A DNA stretch of 63,859 bases, the filler included, from Reclinomonas americana ATCC 50394 (lineage: Eukaryota), in assembly GCA_048213135.1 (NCBI GenBank). It is 4 parts of 2 records of this genome, joined end to end, with 100 filler letters (N's around TTAATTAATTAA, not from the genome) between each part and the next. Parts side by side here need not be neighbours in the genome. Positions count along the whole stretch, not along the records: positions 29,052 to 51,790 come from PS015020.1; 3 more parts are not named here. The stretch is one strand, 5' to 3'. Of this stretch, positions 30,011-43,721 are shown one piece after another (position 1 is the first letter of the stretch; each line of letters opens with the position of its first letter). Under the pieces are notes generated by a model that saw only the letters and a program-made list of their open reading frames with translations, ran no database searches and was not told where the DNA came from. A program made the translations under genes and the position numbers.

Positions 30011-32458
30011 NNNNNNNNNNNNNNNNNNNNCTTCTCCCTTCTCCCCTCACTCACCTTCTCCTCCCTCTCCTCTCCGCAGTGCCCGCTGGTGCCACCCAGT
30101 GGACTGACAGCCTGCCGCAGCTGAAGGACATCCCCGCCAGCTGGAACTGGTTTGTCGCCCCCTTCATTTCAATCCCCTCTCCACCCTTCCCCTCACTTTT
30201 CTCCATCGCCAGGGTCGACCACGGCGCCGTCACCCCGGTGAAGAACCAGGCGTTGCGTCTTCTCTCCATCCCTCCCCTCCCTTCCCTTTCATCTCCCTTA
30301 CCCCTGCCACAGTCAGTGCGGCTCGTGCTGGGCGTTCTCGACCACCGGCGGTCTGGAGGGCCAGTGGTTCAAGAAGACTGGCCAGCTGCTGTCGCTCTCG
30401 GAGCAGCAGGTTCGTTCCTGTCACCATTTTTCTCTCATTTCCTGTTTCTGACGCATCCGCGGTCACACAGCTGGTCGACTGCGACCACGCTTGCGACCCC
30501 AAGAACCCGCAGACGTGCGATGCTGGCTGCAACGGTGGCCTGATGTGGAACGCCTTCGACTACATCAAGCAGGCGGTTCGTAATTATCCGCCTGTTGATC
30601 CGCCTGTGTTTGTGTTCTCACGTTGTCGTGAATGCAGGGCGGTCTGGAGCTTGAGGTGGGCGAAATGTTTGCAGAGGCTGAGTGTGCTGGTGCTAAATAG
30701 TGTGTTTATTCTCTTGATCGATTGACGATAGTCGGCCTATCCTTGTTGCGTCAATACCCATTCTTGTCTTCTGCTTCTTCCTTGGCTCACTCGTCATGCG
30801 GCAGACACTGCGATGGACGGCACCTGCAAGGCGAACTCATCGCTGTTCAAGGCGTCGGTGACTGGCTACACCATGGTGCGTTTGCCGGGCAAAGGCTCTC
30901 CCTGCTTGTCTTTTATGTCTGCCTTCCAGAGCCCGGCCGCTTGCACCCTTAAGCATTCCGCTCTTCGTTCTTCTCTCTTTGTTTCTCTCTCCCCCCCGTT
31001 CCCCCCCCCCCGTTCCTCTTCCCTCCCCTGTTCCTCTTCCCTCCCCCTGTTCCTCTCCCCCCGTTCCTCTTCCTCTTCTCTGTCCGTTCCTCTTCCCTCT
31101 CCGTTCCTCTTCTCTGTCCGTTCCTCTTCTCTGTCCGTTCCTCTTCCTCCCCGTTCCTCTCCCCCCGTTCCTCTTCCCTCTGTTCCTCTTCCCTCTCCGT
31201 TCCTCTTCCCTCTCCGTTCCTCTTCCCTCTCCGTTCCTCTTCCCTCTCCGTTCCTCTTCCCTCTCCGTTCCTCTTCCCTCTCCGTTCCTCTTCCCTCTCC
31301 GTTCCTCTTCCCTCTCCGTTCCTCTTCCCTCTCCGTTCCTCTTCCCTCGCCGTTTCTCTTCCCTCGCCGTTCCTCTCCCCCCGTTCCTCTCCCCCCCTCC
31401 TCTCCCCCGTTCCTCTCCCTCCCTCTCCTCGCCCTCCCTCTCTCCGTTCCTCTCCCTACTTCTCCCCACTCATCTCCTCTTCTCTCCCTCCCCACAGCTC
31501 CCGACCAACGAGGACCAGATGGCGTCGGTGAGTCAATTAACCCCCTCTCACGCCTTCAACGCAATAATCGTGTCTCACCATGTTTCTCTCTCTCCACAGT
31601 GGCTGTACGCCAACGGCCCGATCAGCATTGCCATCAATGCTGGCTGGCTGCAGTTCTACGTCGGCGGGTTCGTTTGTCGTCACATTCTGGTTTCTTTAAT
31701 GATTCTAAAGCTGACTTCTCCTTTTTGCGCGCAGTGTGACTGGTGTGTGATTCGCGTGGTTTCCCAAGGCCGTCTCTTCATCGTTGCTCACATCTCCTGC
31801 TCTTCATTACACCGTGCTTTTTCAAACAGACCCGGTTGCGTAAATTCCCCTTTGCCTTTCCCATCTCTGTCAACACCAGCAACTGACGGCCCTCTCTTTC
31901 TCATGCAGATCATCTGCGACCCGAAGAACCTCGACCACGGTGTCCTCATTGTCGGTGAGTGCGGTCTCGATCAGTCATACTTCGTTTATTGATTTCTCAC
32001 GTTCTTTTTCTTGCGCAGGCTACACCACTGCCCGCAGTTTCGCTCTGCTCACCACGCATCGTGTGTCCGCACCATCACTCACCCCTTGTTTTCTTTTCCA
32101 GCTCTGCTCGGCAAGGAGGTGCCGGCGTGGATCATCAAGAACGTTGCGTCTTTGTAGCATGATTATCTTGCACTCATCACTGTGACGCTCATGCCTTTGT
32201 TGTGCTGACTGCAGAGCTGGGGCACGAGCTGGGGGTGAGACACTGCTTTTGCTTCTCGCTCGCATTGTGCACACGATGTTTCGTTACTCACTCGCATTCT
32301 CCTTTGTCAACCCACAGCGAGAAGGGCTACTTCATGGTTTGTCCCGTCGTTCTCCGCCTCCTCATTCTCCTCCACCGCTCACCTTCCCTGCTGAACAGAT
32401 CAAGCGCGGCGACAACAAGTGCGGTCTGGCCTCGGTGCCGTGCGCCCCGACTGTGTAA
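29084..32458 (+). CDS. Papain-family (C1A) cysteine protease, cathepsin F/RD19-like; N-terminus missing at contig edge
   Basis: I29 prodomain ([12 protein letters not shown]...[14 protein letters not shown]), [55 protein letters not shown]; about 19 exons including microexons. Confidence 0.95.
29540..29960. repeat. About 240-bp direct duplication in a cathepsin intron
   Basis: catgttgccgaaggggaactactgctca...ccttggttgctcatt...gtctccgttgtacaatcctttgagctgacttgctgatgcac occurs at about 29575 and 29820. Confidence 0.85.
31000..31460. repeat. Intronic pyrimidine-rich minisatellite, unit about 18 bp (ccgttcctcttccctctc-like)
   Basis: Tandem repeat seen directly inside the cathepsin intron 30876-31497. 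Confidence 0.85.
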
Positions 32459-33387
32459 ATTGCGCAGTCAGCATGTTGTGGTGCGCGGATGGCCTCGGTC
32501 GTCTAGCGTTGCCCGCTTTCCCTCCCTCTTTTTTTCGCATCGTATGCGCTGTCCGTTTCTTTGCTTGTCTCGGAAGTGAAGCGGGCGTCAGCGGTGTGAT
32601 GAGACATGGAAGTGGGGAAGGGGGAAGAGAGATGGGAAAGAGGTGAAGGGAGACTGGAAAGAGAGGAGAAGGATGCAGCAGTCAGCCATACCGGCAACGA
32701 GAGACGAGAGGTGGCGTGTCCGTAAGATTCAGAGAGACGAGAGCACGAGAGGGAGACAAGGTCATCCAGACTGCTGTTGCTTGCTTGTTGGTGTTTTCAC
32801 TCGTGCTGCCTGTGTCTGCCGACTGAGGGAGACGCGGGCAACAAGAGAAGGGTCGGCAGACACGGCCATCAAGACAGCTGTTGCTTTTTTAGTTGGCGTT
32901 TTCACTCGTGCTGCCTGTGTCTGCCGACTATTCTCTTGTTTCCCGCGTCTCCCTCTCGTACTCGCTGTCTTGATGACCAATTGCAAGTGAAGCTCCTGTC
33001 GGTGGTGGCGTGAGCAGGCGCAGTTGTGGTCGTTGTTGTCATCGTTGTCGCAGCAGCTGCAGTATTTCAACACCGTGGCGACGTTGACCACAGACACAGT
33101 GTTGTTTTCGCTGTCATTATGTACAGCGCTGGCAGGGAAGGGGAAAGCGCTGGCTGCACGAATGCAACGCCAGTGTCAGCAGTTACTGTCACAGACTTGA
33201 TGCGTTGTTGTTGCTGTCAATGTTGTCTCTCCCTTCCCTTCCCGTCCCCCTTATTGCTGGATTCCTGGCTGCCGATTAATTGATGCTCGCCACACAAAAG
33301 TTTGCACACAAGACACACACAAAAAAGGACAGGAAAACTATCTGTTTCCTGTCGACACGCGCACATCTCTCTTCCTCGCTCCCCGCA

Positions 33388-36300
33388 TTACGGCTTTCCG
33401 TCCTCATCCTCGTCCTCCGCTGGATCGCCAGTCAACAGCTGCAGCGCTGAGCAGCTGGACGAGGCACCGCCATTGGCCGCCGAGTCGCCGCCGGCGAGCG
33501 AATACAGCCGCGCCTCCTCCTCGTGGCACAGCAAATGCGACGGCGCCGAGAAGTAGTAGAAGAGCGGGTAGTTGAGGAGATGCAAAAAGTCGCTCGCGTA
33601 AATGTCGGCGTAGCGATGCGTTTGCGTGGAGAAGAGCGTTGGTTTGCTGCCGGAGCGGAACACGCTGCCAAAGTACCTGATGGGGGGAAAGGAGGTGAGA
33701 TGAGGGAAAGAAGCAAAGGCACGGTGCGATATGAACGGCATGCGAGAGAAAGGATGTGGAGAGGCCACGCAACTTGTTGAAACATGTGTCGAATTCGGCC
33801 ATGGTGCTCTTGATCATGGTTCGCAAAAGTTCCGAGTTGGACTGGCGAATGGAAAGGTGAGGGAGTGCGGAGAGGAGATACGCGATGCATATTTTGAAGA
33901 GTGGACGCAACAGGAGCCTTTTCTGAAGTGATGTCGTACTTGTGGTACATCTTCGCACGCATGAACTCCAGGTTTTGCAGATGCGTGTACTTGTCGCGGT
34001 GGTAGGCCTGCGGAGGGGCGCCAAGAGAAGTGGATGAGATTGATGAAGCATGCAGGCAGAAATGAGAGAGAGAGAGAGAGCAAGAGTGAGGAGAGAAAGA
34101 GAAAGAAAGACAGAGAGAGAGAGAAGGAGAGCAGAGTCGCACTGTTATTTCGCTCATTGCTCGCTCTCACTGTCGTGTCGCTCGTTGCCCTCGCTCTCAC
34201 TGTCGTGTCGCTCGTTGCCCTCGCTCTCACTGTCGTGTCGCTCGTTGCCCTCGCTCTCACTGTCGTGTCGCTCGTTGCCCTCGCTCTCACTGTCGTGTCG
34301 CTCGTTGCTCTTGCTCTCACTGTCGTGTCGCTCGTTGCCCTCGCTCTCACTGTCGTGTCGCTCGTTGCCCTCGCTCTCACTGTCGTGTCGCTCGTTGCTC
34401 TTGCTCTCACTGTCGTGTCGCTCGTTGCCCTCGCTCTCACTGTCGTGTCGCTCGTTGCTTTCGCTCTCACTGTCGTGTCGCTCGTTGCTCTCGCTCTCAC
34501 TGTCGTGTCGCTCGTTGCTCTCGCTCTCACTGTCGTGTCGCTCGTTGCTCTCGCTCTCACTGTCGTGTCGCTCGTTGCTCTCGCTCTCACTGTCGTGTCG
34601 CTCGTTGCTCGCTCTCACTGCCGTGTCGCTCGTTGCTTTCGCTCTCACTGTCGCGTCGCTCGTTGCTCGCTCTCACTGTCGTGTCACTCGTTGCTCGCTC
34701 TCACTGCCGTGTCGCTCGTTGCTCGCTCTCACTGTCGTGTCGCTCGTTGCTCTCGCTCTCACTGTCGTGTCGCTCGTTGCTCTCGCTCTCACTGTCGTGT
34801 CGCTCGTTGCTCTCGCTCTCACTGTCGTGTCGCTCGTTGCTCTCGCTCTCACTGTCGTGTCGCTCGTTGCTCTCGCTCTCACTGCCGCGTCGCTCGTTGC
34901 CCTCGCTCTCACTGTCGTGTCGCTCGTTGCTCTCGCTCTCACTGCCGCGTCGCTCGTTGCCCTCGCTCTCACTGTCGTGTCGCTCGTTGCTCTCGCTCTC
35001 ACTGCCGCGTCGCTCGTTGCCCTCGCTCTCACTGTCGTGTCGCTCGTTACCCTCGCTCTCACTGTCGTGTCGCTCGTTACCCTCGCTCTCACTGTCGTGT
35101 CGCTCGTTGCCTTCGCTCTCACTGCCGCGTCGCTCGTTGCCTTTGCTCTCACTGTCGTGTCGCTCGTTGCCTTTGCTCTCACTGTCGTGTCGCTCGTTGC
35201 CTTTGCTCTCCCTTTCTCCATAGCCCTTTCCTCTGACCGTCCTTCCCGTCCTTCTCCCTCCCTCCCTTCCCCTTAAATCCCAACTCACCCACACACTATT
35301 CTCGTGATCCAACTCACGAATCACCAACAACGTGCGCCACAGACACATGCGCTTCTTCGACATGAGAATATCGGCAAACAAGTTGTCTCCGCAGTACAAC
35401 ACCTCCTCGCCCTGCAGATCAACCATCATAAGTCAACGACACACCGCCACATCTCTTCCCTCCTCTCTCTCTCTCACACACACACACATACACACAAAAA
35501 CACATATATCAGTCTTTCTCTCTGAGTCGCTCTGTCTCTCCCCTCTTCTCTCTCTCTCTCACACACACATACACACACATATATCAGTCTTTCTCTCTTA
35601 GTCGCTCTGTCTCTCCCCTCTTCTCTCTCTCTCTCTCACATACAAAAACACACATCAGTCTTTCCTTAGATGTCATTTGCTCCCTCTTACCCCACCCCTC
35701 TTGTCTCTCACACACACTCTCCGTCCCCTCCCCCCTCCTCTTCTTTCTCTTCTCTCCCCGCTCTTCCCCCTCCACCCTCTTCTCTCTCTCCCTCTCCCTC
35801 CCTCCCTCCCCCTCCAGCGCACCTTCAAATTCGTCAGCTGATGGAAGGTCTCGTAGTTGCCGCCGCTGTAGATCTTGCCGGGCTCGAAGCGGTCGCCGAG
35901 AGCCGTGAACTTGAGGTTACCGGTGGCGCGGTCGACCTCACGCAGCGTGGTGCCCTTTTCGAAAAACACCGGCTTCTTGGCGTTGACAATGGCAATGTCG
36001 AAATAGTCGCGCCACTGCGGGTACTCGGGCATGGCGCCGCGCAGCATGTAGTCCATGACGGCGTCGGTGTAGTAGTACTCGGAGTTGGTGAGCAGGAATG
36101 TCACGCGGCCGGCCTTGCGCATCTCGTGGAGCATCTTGGCCAGGCGCTCGTCGCGACGCACGTACCTGTGATGGATAGATGAGTAATCAATCGGAGGGGA
36201 GGGTGACTTGAGAGAGAAGAGCGGGGGCGCAACTTTGGCAAATCCGCAATGATGGTCTTCTTCAGCGTGCCATCGGCGTGGAAGCCGTCGACGGCGGAGC

Positions 36301-38119
36301 GCAGGTCGGCAAAGATGTTCTTGTAGGAGACGCCTCGGCTGTGGTGTGGGCGTGAGGTGGGTGGCGCGAACGAAAAATAAGGTGAGGATTCTCTTTCAGA
36401 GGCGCAACTAGATTTCTCCAGCGGCGTGCGGCTCGGAGGCGCTGCTGGCCGCCACCGACTCAAAGTAGACGACCATGTCGGCGAAGAGGCTGATCTCCGG
36501 TACCTCGAACAGCGTATTGAAGGTGTGATACCGCTTGCCGATTTCTTGCACGTGGATTTGGCCGGCGCGGTAGGCGGCGCGCACCTCTGGGTGTAGGGAA
36601 GGGGGAGGCACAGGCAAAGGCAAGGTAGGTACAGACACAAAAAGACAAGCGACGAACAAAATACAAACACAAGCGCAGGTATGCACGAACACGCAACGAA
36701 CACAGAGACACACGTGTAAACACACACGAACACACACAAGCACAGGCACGATCATAGACACAGGCACAGTAAACATGCAAACAAATAAATAACACACACA
36801 AAGAGCACATAAATGAACAGCACAATCACAACCACAGGCATACAAGCACAAACGCACAACAAGTACACAACACCAAACAAACAAGCAGACGACGCACAAC
36901 ACATGCATGGACGACCAAGTAAACACAAAACCCATAAGCACACGCACAACAACATGCAAATAATTACCCATACACAAACACACAACGAGCAAACATACAA
37001 GCACAACCACAACCACGCAAGCATACGCGTACAAAAAAAACAAACAAGCAAACAAACAAGCAAACGACATACAAACGACACACATGCGTGCACGAACAAG
37101 TAAACATATAGACACGCACAGACACACAATAACAAACAGACAATACGCACGCACGTGAGCACGCACAAACAAACAAGTAACCACACATGCACAGACACAC
37201 ATGAACAAACAAACAACAAGCACACACAAACGAAAAACAATGAGAAGGTGAGCAGCTGATGGATGTCTTGCACAACACACACACCTTCGCGATTCATCAC
37301 ACGCTTGCCGTGTACACAGCGAAGAATGTAGCCCCACTGGTCGACTTTGAGCATGTTGCCGGTGTTGAGGTCCAACAGGATGCCACTGCGCGGCAAGATA
37401 AGCAGGCTACGTTTCGAGTGAGAGCAATCGTGAGCACGCGCGCATACACACCGAATGGGGAACTCGGCGTCGTAGGTGAAGGAGAGGATCTCTGGCGGGT
37501 AGCCCATGCGTACGAGGCGATCCTTGGTCAGCTGGAAGGAGAGTTCTTCGTAGACGGGGGAGTGGTAGACGGCCAGGGTGCTGGAAAGGGGGAAAGGGGA
37601 AAAAGGGAAGTGAGGAGTGAGTGATGGCAAAGGAAAGCAAGTCATGTAGACGGAGAGAGATGATCAGTGAGAGGTTTCGACATAGGAAGGCACGAGTCAT
37701 CAACATGAGGGGAGACGATGCAGAAGAGTGCACACAAGTCCAACAATCAGAATGGGGATGGCAATGCATGCATGGAATAAAGTGAGGAGGAGAAGGTCGA
37801 AGCAAGGAAGGATACAAAGCAAGCAACCAGAGCGGGTAATCAATGCAGAGAAGTGCTGAAGCAACAAGCGAGAGAGAGAGGAGAGGAGACGCAGAGAGGT
37901 CCTCATGTCACAAACGACCAGAGAGAAAAGGCAAGTCGATGAAGGAATGCACACCAGCTCGATCCAACCTGAACACACCAGCCGAGACAACCCCCAATGC
38001 ATGTAGAGAGAGAGAGAGAGAGGGTGAAGAGGAGATGAGAGGAAAGGAGAGGAGACGCAGAGAAGTCCTCATGTCACAAACGACCAGAGAGACGGCACNN
38101 NNNNNNNNNNNNNNNNNNA

Positions 38120-38212
<93 letters not shown>

Positions 38213-38449
38213 TTCACTCTTTCAATCACTCTCTTTCTTTCAATCAATCACTCACCTCTCCGCGCCTTCGCTGGCAACGCCTCAATGGGCGCATCCACAA
38301 ACGCCGCCAACTCCTCCGCTGTAGGGTTCTCCGACAAGTCGCCTGTGTGTCACTTCCCAAGTCAGCACCACAAAAAAAGCGCGGGAAAACCATGATCATC
38401 ACACGCGCGCATATTACGAACTGACGGTGACACTGGAGACGCCGAGCAT
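33388..38449 (-). CDS. Cytosolic purine 5'-nucleotidase (cN-II/NT5C2-like, HAD superfamily)
   Basis: TLAVYHSPVYEELSF, FPIRGILLD, TFLLTNSEYYYTDAVMDYML, WRDYFDIAIVNAKKPVFF, IYSGGN, VLYCGDNLFADI, WRTLLVIREL, FGSVFRSG, RYADIYAS. The DxD motif-I exon is not visible and probably lies in gap 38099-38118; start at 38449 is tentative. Confidence 0.92.
34159..35210. repeat. 30-bp minisatellite, about 35 copies, in a 5'-nucleotidase intron
   Basis: Unit tcgctctcactgtcgtgtcgctcgttgc(cc/tc/tt), with a few shortened units near 34610-34725. Confidence 0.95.
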
Positions 38450-38747
38450 TGGCGACGGCGAGGGTGCAGAGGGCGACAAGTGTTGGCGCTTGACTGGCGG
38501 CTGTGTGGTGGTGGTGGTGGCAAAACAAAAAGTGAGCCATTTCACGCGCGCGCGAAACAAACGAAAATGCAAGACAACTTGGCGAAAGCAAGCAAGCAAG
38601 CAAGCAAGAGGAGTACCTCATCGTCGCTGGCGGCGGCGGTCGAGTCGGCGTTGCGCTTGCTGCGGCGAGTGGCCATTGGTGAAGAATGCAAGGCGAGCAC
38701 TGTCACTGTCCACTTCTCACACACGCAAACTCTCTTGTGTGTGCTCA

Positions 38748-41700
38748 ATGGCTGCCGCTGCACCGCCGTCGCCTTCGTTGCGCCGCTTCCTCTCTGTGTG
38801 CGAGAGTCTTTTCTCTCACGTGTTGATTGCAGTGGCGTCGTCGGTTCCTTGGAACCGACTTTGCGCGTTGTGAAAGCTTTGGCTGGACCTTGCACACACG
38901 CTCTACAAGCCATGCTGTCAAAAGTGTTACCGCCGTTCCTCGCTGATCATCACGCTGAAGTCGATCATTTGGCTGAGTGGGGCAAGAACACAGAAGCTCG
39001 AGACGCACGGTTTGTCATGTCTCGCAGACGCGCTCCTCCGCACTTGCACCCTGCACCTCTAACTTTGCGCGTTGATGCAGGACTAAGCTTGGCAATAGCG
39101 CACCAGCACGTTACGACAAGCAGCAGCAGACTGTGCAAGAGTGGTGCGCTGAATTTGGACCTGCACCGTATGCAAGTTCCGACTTCAGCAAGTTTGATGT
39201 CACTCTGTGTGCCTCTATCTTGGAATACGCCATTCACAATGACGGCGGAGTGCGTCATCGTATAATACCCGAATCCGTGGTGAATAGGAATGTTGTCTGT
39301 GTGTGTGCGCGCGCTATTTCTCCGCACTCAGTGTCGTGTCTCGCCAGAGCGATGTTGTCAGGCGTTTGCGTGAGATCCGGAATGCCATGAGTCACGCACA
39401 GTTGACAGTCGCCGACATGCATGAGCTGCTTGGCAGCGGGGCTGTTGGCGGCACCTCGGAGGGCAAGTTACACAAACACATACGCGGTCTGCAACTCGAT
39501 CCGGCAATTGTCGCTGAGTTGCTGCGACAGCTGGATGAGGCGCGCGATGGTTCGTGAGCGCACTTGGCATACTGTTGTGTTTCTGAGAGCGGAATTTCAT
39601 CCGCCTTGTTGCAGGTGTGCTCCATCCCGACATGGTTGCGGACCTTCTCGCGAAAGTGAGTTTGCTTTTGGCTTTCTCTCGTGCACTGTGCGTGCTAGCT
39701 GACATTCAACTGTAACATGGCCTGGCGGTTCAGTGGCTGGTAATGTTCGAACAGGTACGTTTCCTTCCTTTGGAAGTGCAACAGACAGTCAAAGTGTGCT
39801 CAGGCACGCATTTAATTTCTCACTTTGTCGCTCATGCACCCTCACTTTGTATATTTCCATTGAGTGATTGTGCTTACTGTTTCTTGGGCGTGTTGTGTAG
39901 ATTCGGGATGACGTTGATGTTGTCAAAGAAGATATCGCGAGAATCAAATGCTTTATCCAACAGGTGCAAAAACAGTGTTTCACGCTCCGGTATTTGCTGA
40001 TCACTCAACGCTGGCTCCTGCGCAGATTCTGAGCCAGATGGAGACGCGACGAACTGATGTGCCAGCCGCATCGAGCGCAGGTTTGGATCCAGCGCTGAAG
40101 TGTTGAGGTGCCAGAATTCGTATTTCTGATCACTTTTGCAGCCGCTGGCTCGCCTCTCTCCTCGTCCGGTATGCCAGAGTCGCCGATCTCTTCTCCCAGT
40201 TCCCCCCTCGGCATCGTCGCCAGCAACATTGGCCAAGTGAAGACGTTTCGCTTTCCGAGCCGCGAGGTTCTCGCCAAGGAGCACGCCAAATACGTACTTG
40301 AGCACATGCGTGGTGAGTGCTTGTGATATTCTGTCCGAGTCCTTAGCTACGTTGGTGCGCTGAATGCCTCTCTTCTCTCCGCTTACAGATAATAGTCCCA
40401 CGCCAATCGTTGTCGTCATCTCGGGCAACGGCGGTTGTGGCAAGTCGTTCCTGGCCCAGCTCATTGTCGCGGAAATGAAGGCATCATCAGTCGCAAAACC
40501 GCGCTGGAGGGGCTCAACAATGTCAGTAGACATGCGCGGTCACGTTGCCGATACGCAGAAGCACATGCAGGTGTGTGTGTACGCGCTTGTACCTGGTTCA
40601 TTACTGCCGTGGTTCACACTATTTTAGGCCCTGGATTCGCTGGTGACGTGCCTGCGCGTGTTTGCCACCAAGCAGGCGGATGCAGATCCCGCCAGTGCCA
40701 ACCGTTTGGAGCAAGAAATCGACTTTATGGTCAGGGCTGGCGCAGTTGACCCGCTTAGACGTCGTTTGCGGCAGCTGATGGTTGATTCGTGCGGCGTCCT
40801 TCTCCTTGACAACGTCGGCACCGAAGCGCAAGTGTGCTCCGTTGTGATGGACCCATCAGGTTAGTGGATTTGTTGTCAGGTGCTTTTTTTCTCAAGTCAT
40901 ACCGTAATACAGAGTACTTACCAGCCTCTCCTGCTGCAGAAGAGGAAGTGGTCGCGCCAGTGGTGATTTTAACGACGCGACATGCGTGGCTTTCCCGTGT
41001 CTTGACGAATAGGATGTCAAAGGCGGCCGGGATCATATCCCTGCCTCTCAGTGCCAAGGTGGAGGACAGCGACGTCAGCGATCTCGCCGAGTCTGTGCGC
41101 GAATACTTTCCAATGGAAGTGGTGCTGTTCGGTCGCATTGTCGAAGCGTTGAAGAGCACCGAGCGAAGTCCACTGCTACTGAACGCTTGTGTTGGGTGAG
41201 TGCGTGCTATGTCTGGGTGGTTGCATGTCATTCTGTCCTGCTTGAGTGCGCACTGTCGCCGTCCAGCGGTCGCAGCGCATACTATCTTTGTTGGCAAACT
41301 CAAATGGCGATTGGGAACATACAAGATTAACGCCTTGTGACATTACGCGTTCTCTGTCTGTATTCTGATCGCTCGTGTTCTCCTCTCACTCTCGCAAAAT
41401 TGACTCTCTTTGCTCGATGCCAGTTTCATATGCTGCCTCCCAGTCCGTTGCTTTTTCTTCTCGGCCTGTCTACCGCAACCCCTCACTGTCTCATTCTGAT
41501 ATTCCCCCACTCGCTCCCTCCTGTCTAGACTCTCTTCGCCTTCCTCCGCATCATACGCCGACAAACGATTGTCTTATTGCTCTCTTGTGTCTTGCCTACT
41601 AGAGCCCATTTCTTCCTACTATCTCTCGCATTCTGTCTCTCACAGTGACTTCTCCCTTGACAGCTGGCTGCTGAAATGTGAGGCCGCCCAGTTTATCGGC

Positions 41701-43578
41701 AGAGAATTGGAAAGCACGCTGGAGAGCATTCAGCATGCTGCACTGGCGCAACACTTGGCGTACAACGTCATGTCACAGACTTCACCGGCGCGGCAGCTCC
41801 TGGTTCTGATTACAGCGTGCAAGCAACTCGGTATCAGTGTCACGCCAGCTTTCGTACGGTTGGCACTCGGCGCTGTTGGCTCATTTCCAGATGTTGAGGT
41901 GGTTGGTGATGCCAATGTTACGATCAGTGCAGCTGCTGCTGAAGCGCCGTTTGGACAGTCGGTTGAGTGCGTGTTAGAGTGGAAGGACCAAGCAGAGGCG
42001 ATTGCTGATCGCTTACTGGACCTCAGCGAGCATGTGCGTCGTCTGTCACTGCACGACATGGCGCGTGAACGGCGCAGGAGGGCGCCGGATGTCGTTGGTG
42101 ACGAATTGCAGTTTGACGAGCTTACCGACGATGCGGAGGCAGGCGTCCGTGTGCGAATTGCGACGCTGATCCGTGCGGGTGATTACAGTGACACTGATCG
42201 CTTGTTGATTGCACTGTGTCGCACGAATCTGGCCACGACGGCAGATTCTGACAGAAGGGACGTAATGGCTCAAGTGCTCTGTCTGGATGACGATCGGGTA
42301 CAGAATTGCATGACAGAATACCGTCTGCATGACGACTACGCTGACTGGATATCGGCAGCTGGTGGTGGTATGGCCGTGTCATGTGCGAGGAGTCTTATCA
42401 TCTACCTCGTGTGTTGCACGTTGACGAGTATCGACATTGTGAATGACAGCGCCAACGTGCTGTTGGTGTCTCGCAACATGCAAGGCGTAGTTCGCACTCT
42501 CTGGCAGCAGCTGGCCGTCGATGATTCTTTGTGGGTCGGCCGTCAGTCAGTGCTGCTTCTGTTCGGTGCAGTGGAGTGGATCGCACGACAGTTTGCTGTG
42601 TCGCGACTTCCGGCACGTGATTTTGATAAGCGTTGTGGGAGGACATTAGCCGAACGAGTGACTGTGTGGGACTCGTCAGCCGTGCCGAAGGACAGTGCAC
42701 TGGGTCGCCGAATGCGGATTGCACAGCAACGTTGCTTGGCTCAACTCTGCCATTTGTTGAACGACGGAAACATGCAGATGGATGCAATACAGCAGACGAG
42801 TGATCATTATGCAATCGACGACGACCATGTGCAGTGTGCCTACGTACATCGAGAACTCCGTCAGCTTGATGCATTCCGCTGTGGCATGTGGTGCGAGCTG
42901 GCGAAGAGGGACAAGGATCGCCTGCTTGAATGCTGGTTGACACAACGTAAGACACTTGGCGAGCACCATCCGGATACGATTCGCACACTCTCGGCTCGTG
43001 CACAAGTCTGTGAAGAGATTGGCGACCAGGCAGGGGCAGAGCTGCTGTACAGGAGTTGCCGGCGGGCAAGGAAAAGGGTCCTCGGCGATGACCATGCCGA
43101 CACGATCATGTCTATGTATAAGAGGGCCTACTGTATCCAAGGTGCAACCCGTCGGAAGGAAAAGATACGTCTGTACAGGAAGTGCTTGGTTGCTAGAGAG
43201 CGCACCCTGGGTCAGCAGCATCCGGAGACGTTGCAATCTATGACCAACCTCGCCTGGGAGTTGATGAAGCTCGATGTGCCGCGGCTCCACGAGGCCAGAG
43301 GCCTGCTCAGCGAGGCCAGAGACCTGTTCTTTTTTTGTCTGAACGCACGCCTTGAGGTTCTCGGCGAGCTGCACGAGCAGACACTCAATGCTAGGGTCAA
43401 TTATGCGACTTGTCTGCAGAGGCTTGGTGGCGATGATCTTCCGGAAGCCGAAAATCAGCTGCTCAAATGCCTGAGCGGCTGTGGGATCCCGCCGACAACT
43501 GAGACTTTGCACGTCGCACAAGAGGCCAATGATGTCTATCTGAAGTTGTGGCTCCTAGACATGCCAGAGACCGAATGA
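38748..43578 (+). CDS. NLR-like STAND protein paralog 1: putative HEPN domain, helical linker, NB-ARC-type NTPase, C-terminal TPRs
   Basis: FSKFDVTLCASIL...VRRLREIRNAMSH (Rx4H); Walker A VVISGNGGCGKSFLA; Walker B VLLLDNV; sensor VVILTTR; RSPLLL; kinesin-light-chain-like TPRs LGEHHPDT, LGDDHADT, LGQQHPETLQSMTNLA; about 13 exons. Confidence 0.85.
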
Positions 43579-43721
43579 TCGTTCACTTTGTGAACCCTGT
43601 CATCGACTAATGTAGTTTACTCATTGTATTTGTGCCGAGGGGATCGTAAACATGTGTTGGCCAGCTGACGCATGTCCTGTATAATTGTTCCATTATCCGT
43701 CCGTCACACACCGCATCCGTC

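Noticed and set aside
30813-31992. Several 200-340 aa ORFs rich in P/S/L/F or R/G/E
   Set aside because: Translation of an intronic 18-bp pyrimidine repeat.
33814-35429. Long ORFs on both strands (ALTVVSLV / RARATSDTTV / SESNERHD repeats) and CRISPR-like periodicity
   Set aside because: Products of a stop-free 30-bp minisatellite inside an intron; no unique spacers and no cas genes.
36590-37283. Hydrophobic Cys/Val-rich minus-strand ORFs resembling membrane proteins
   Set aside because: Degenerate (CA)-rich intron of the 5'-nucleotidase gene.
40828-40863. Possible tiny or non-canonical intron after Walker B in NLR paralog 1
   Set aside because: VCSVxMDPxG is conserved in both paralogs; an ordinary G|gttagt...gcag intron explains the frame.
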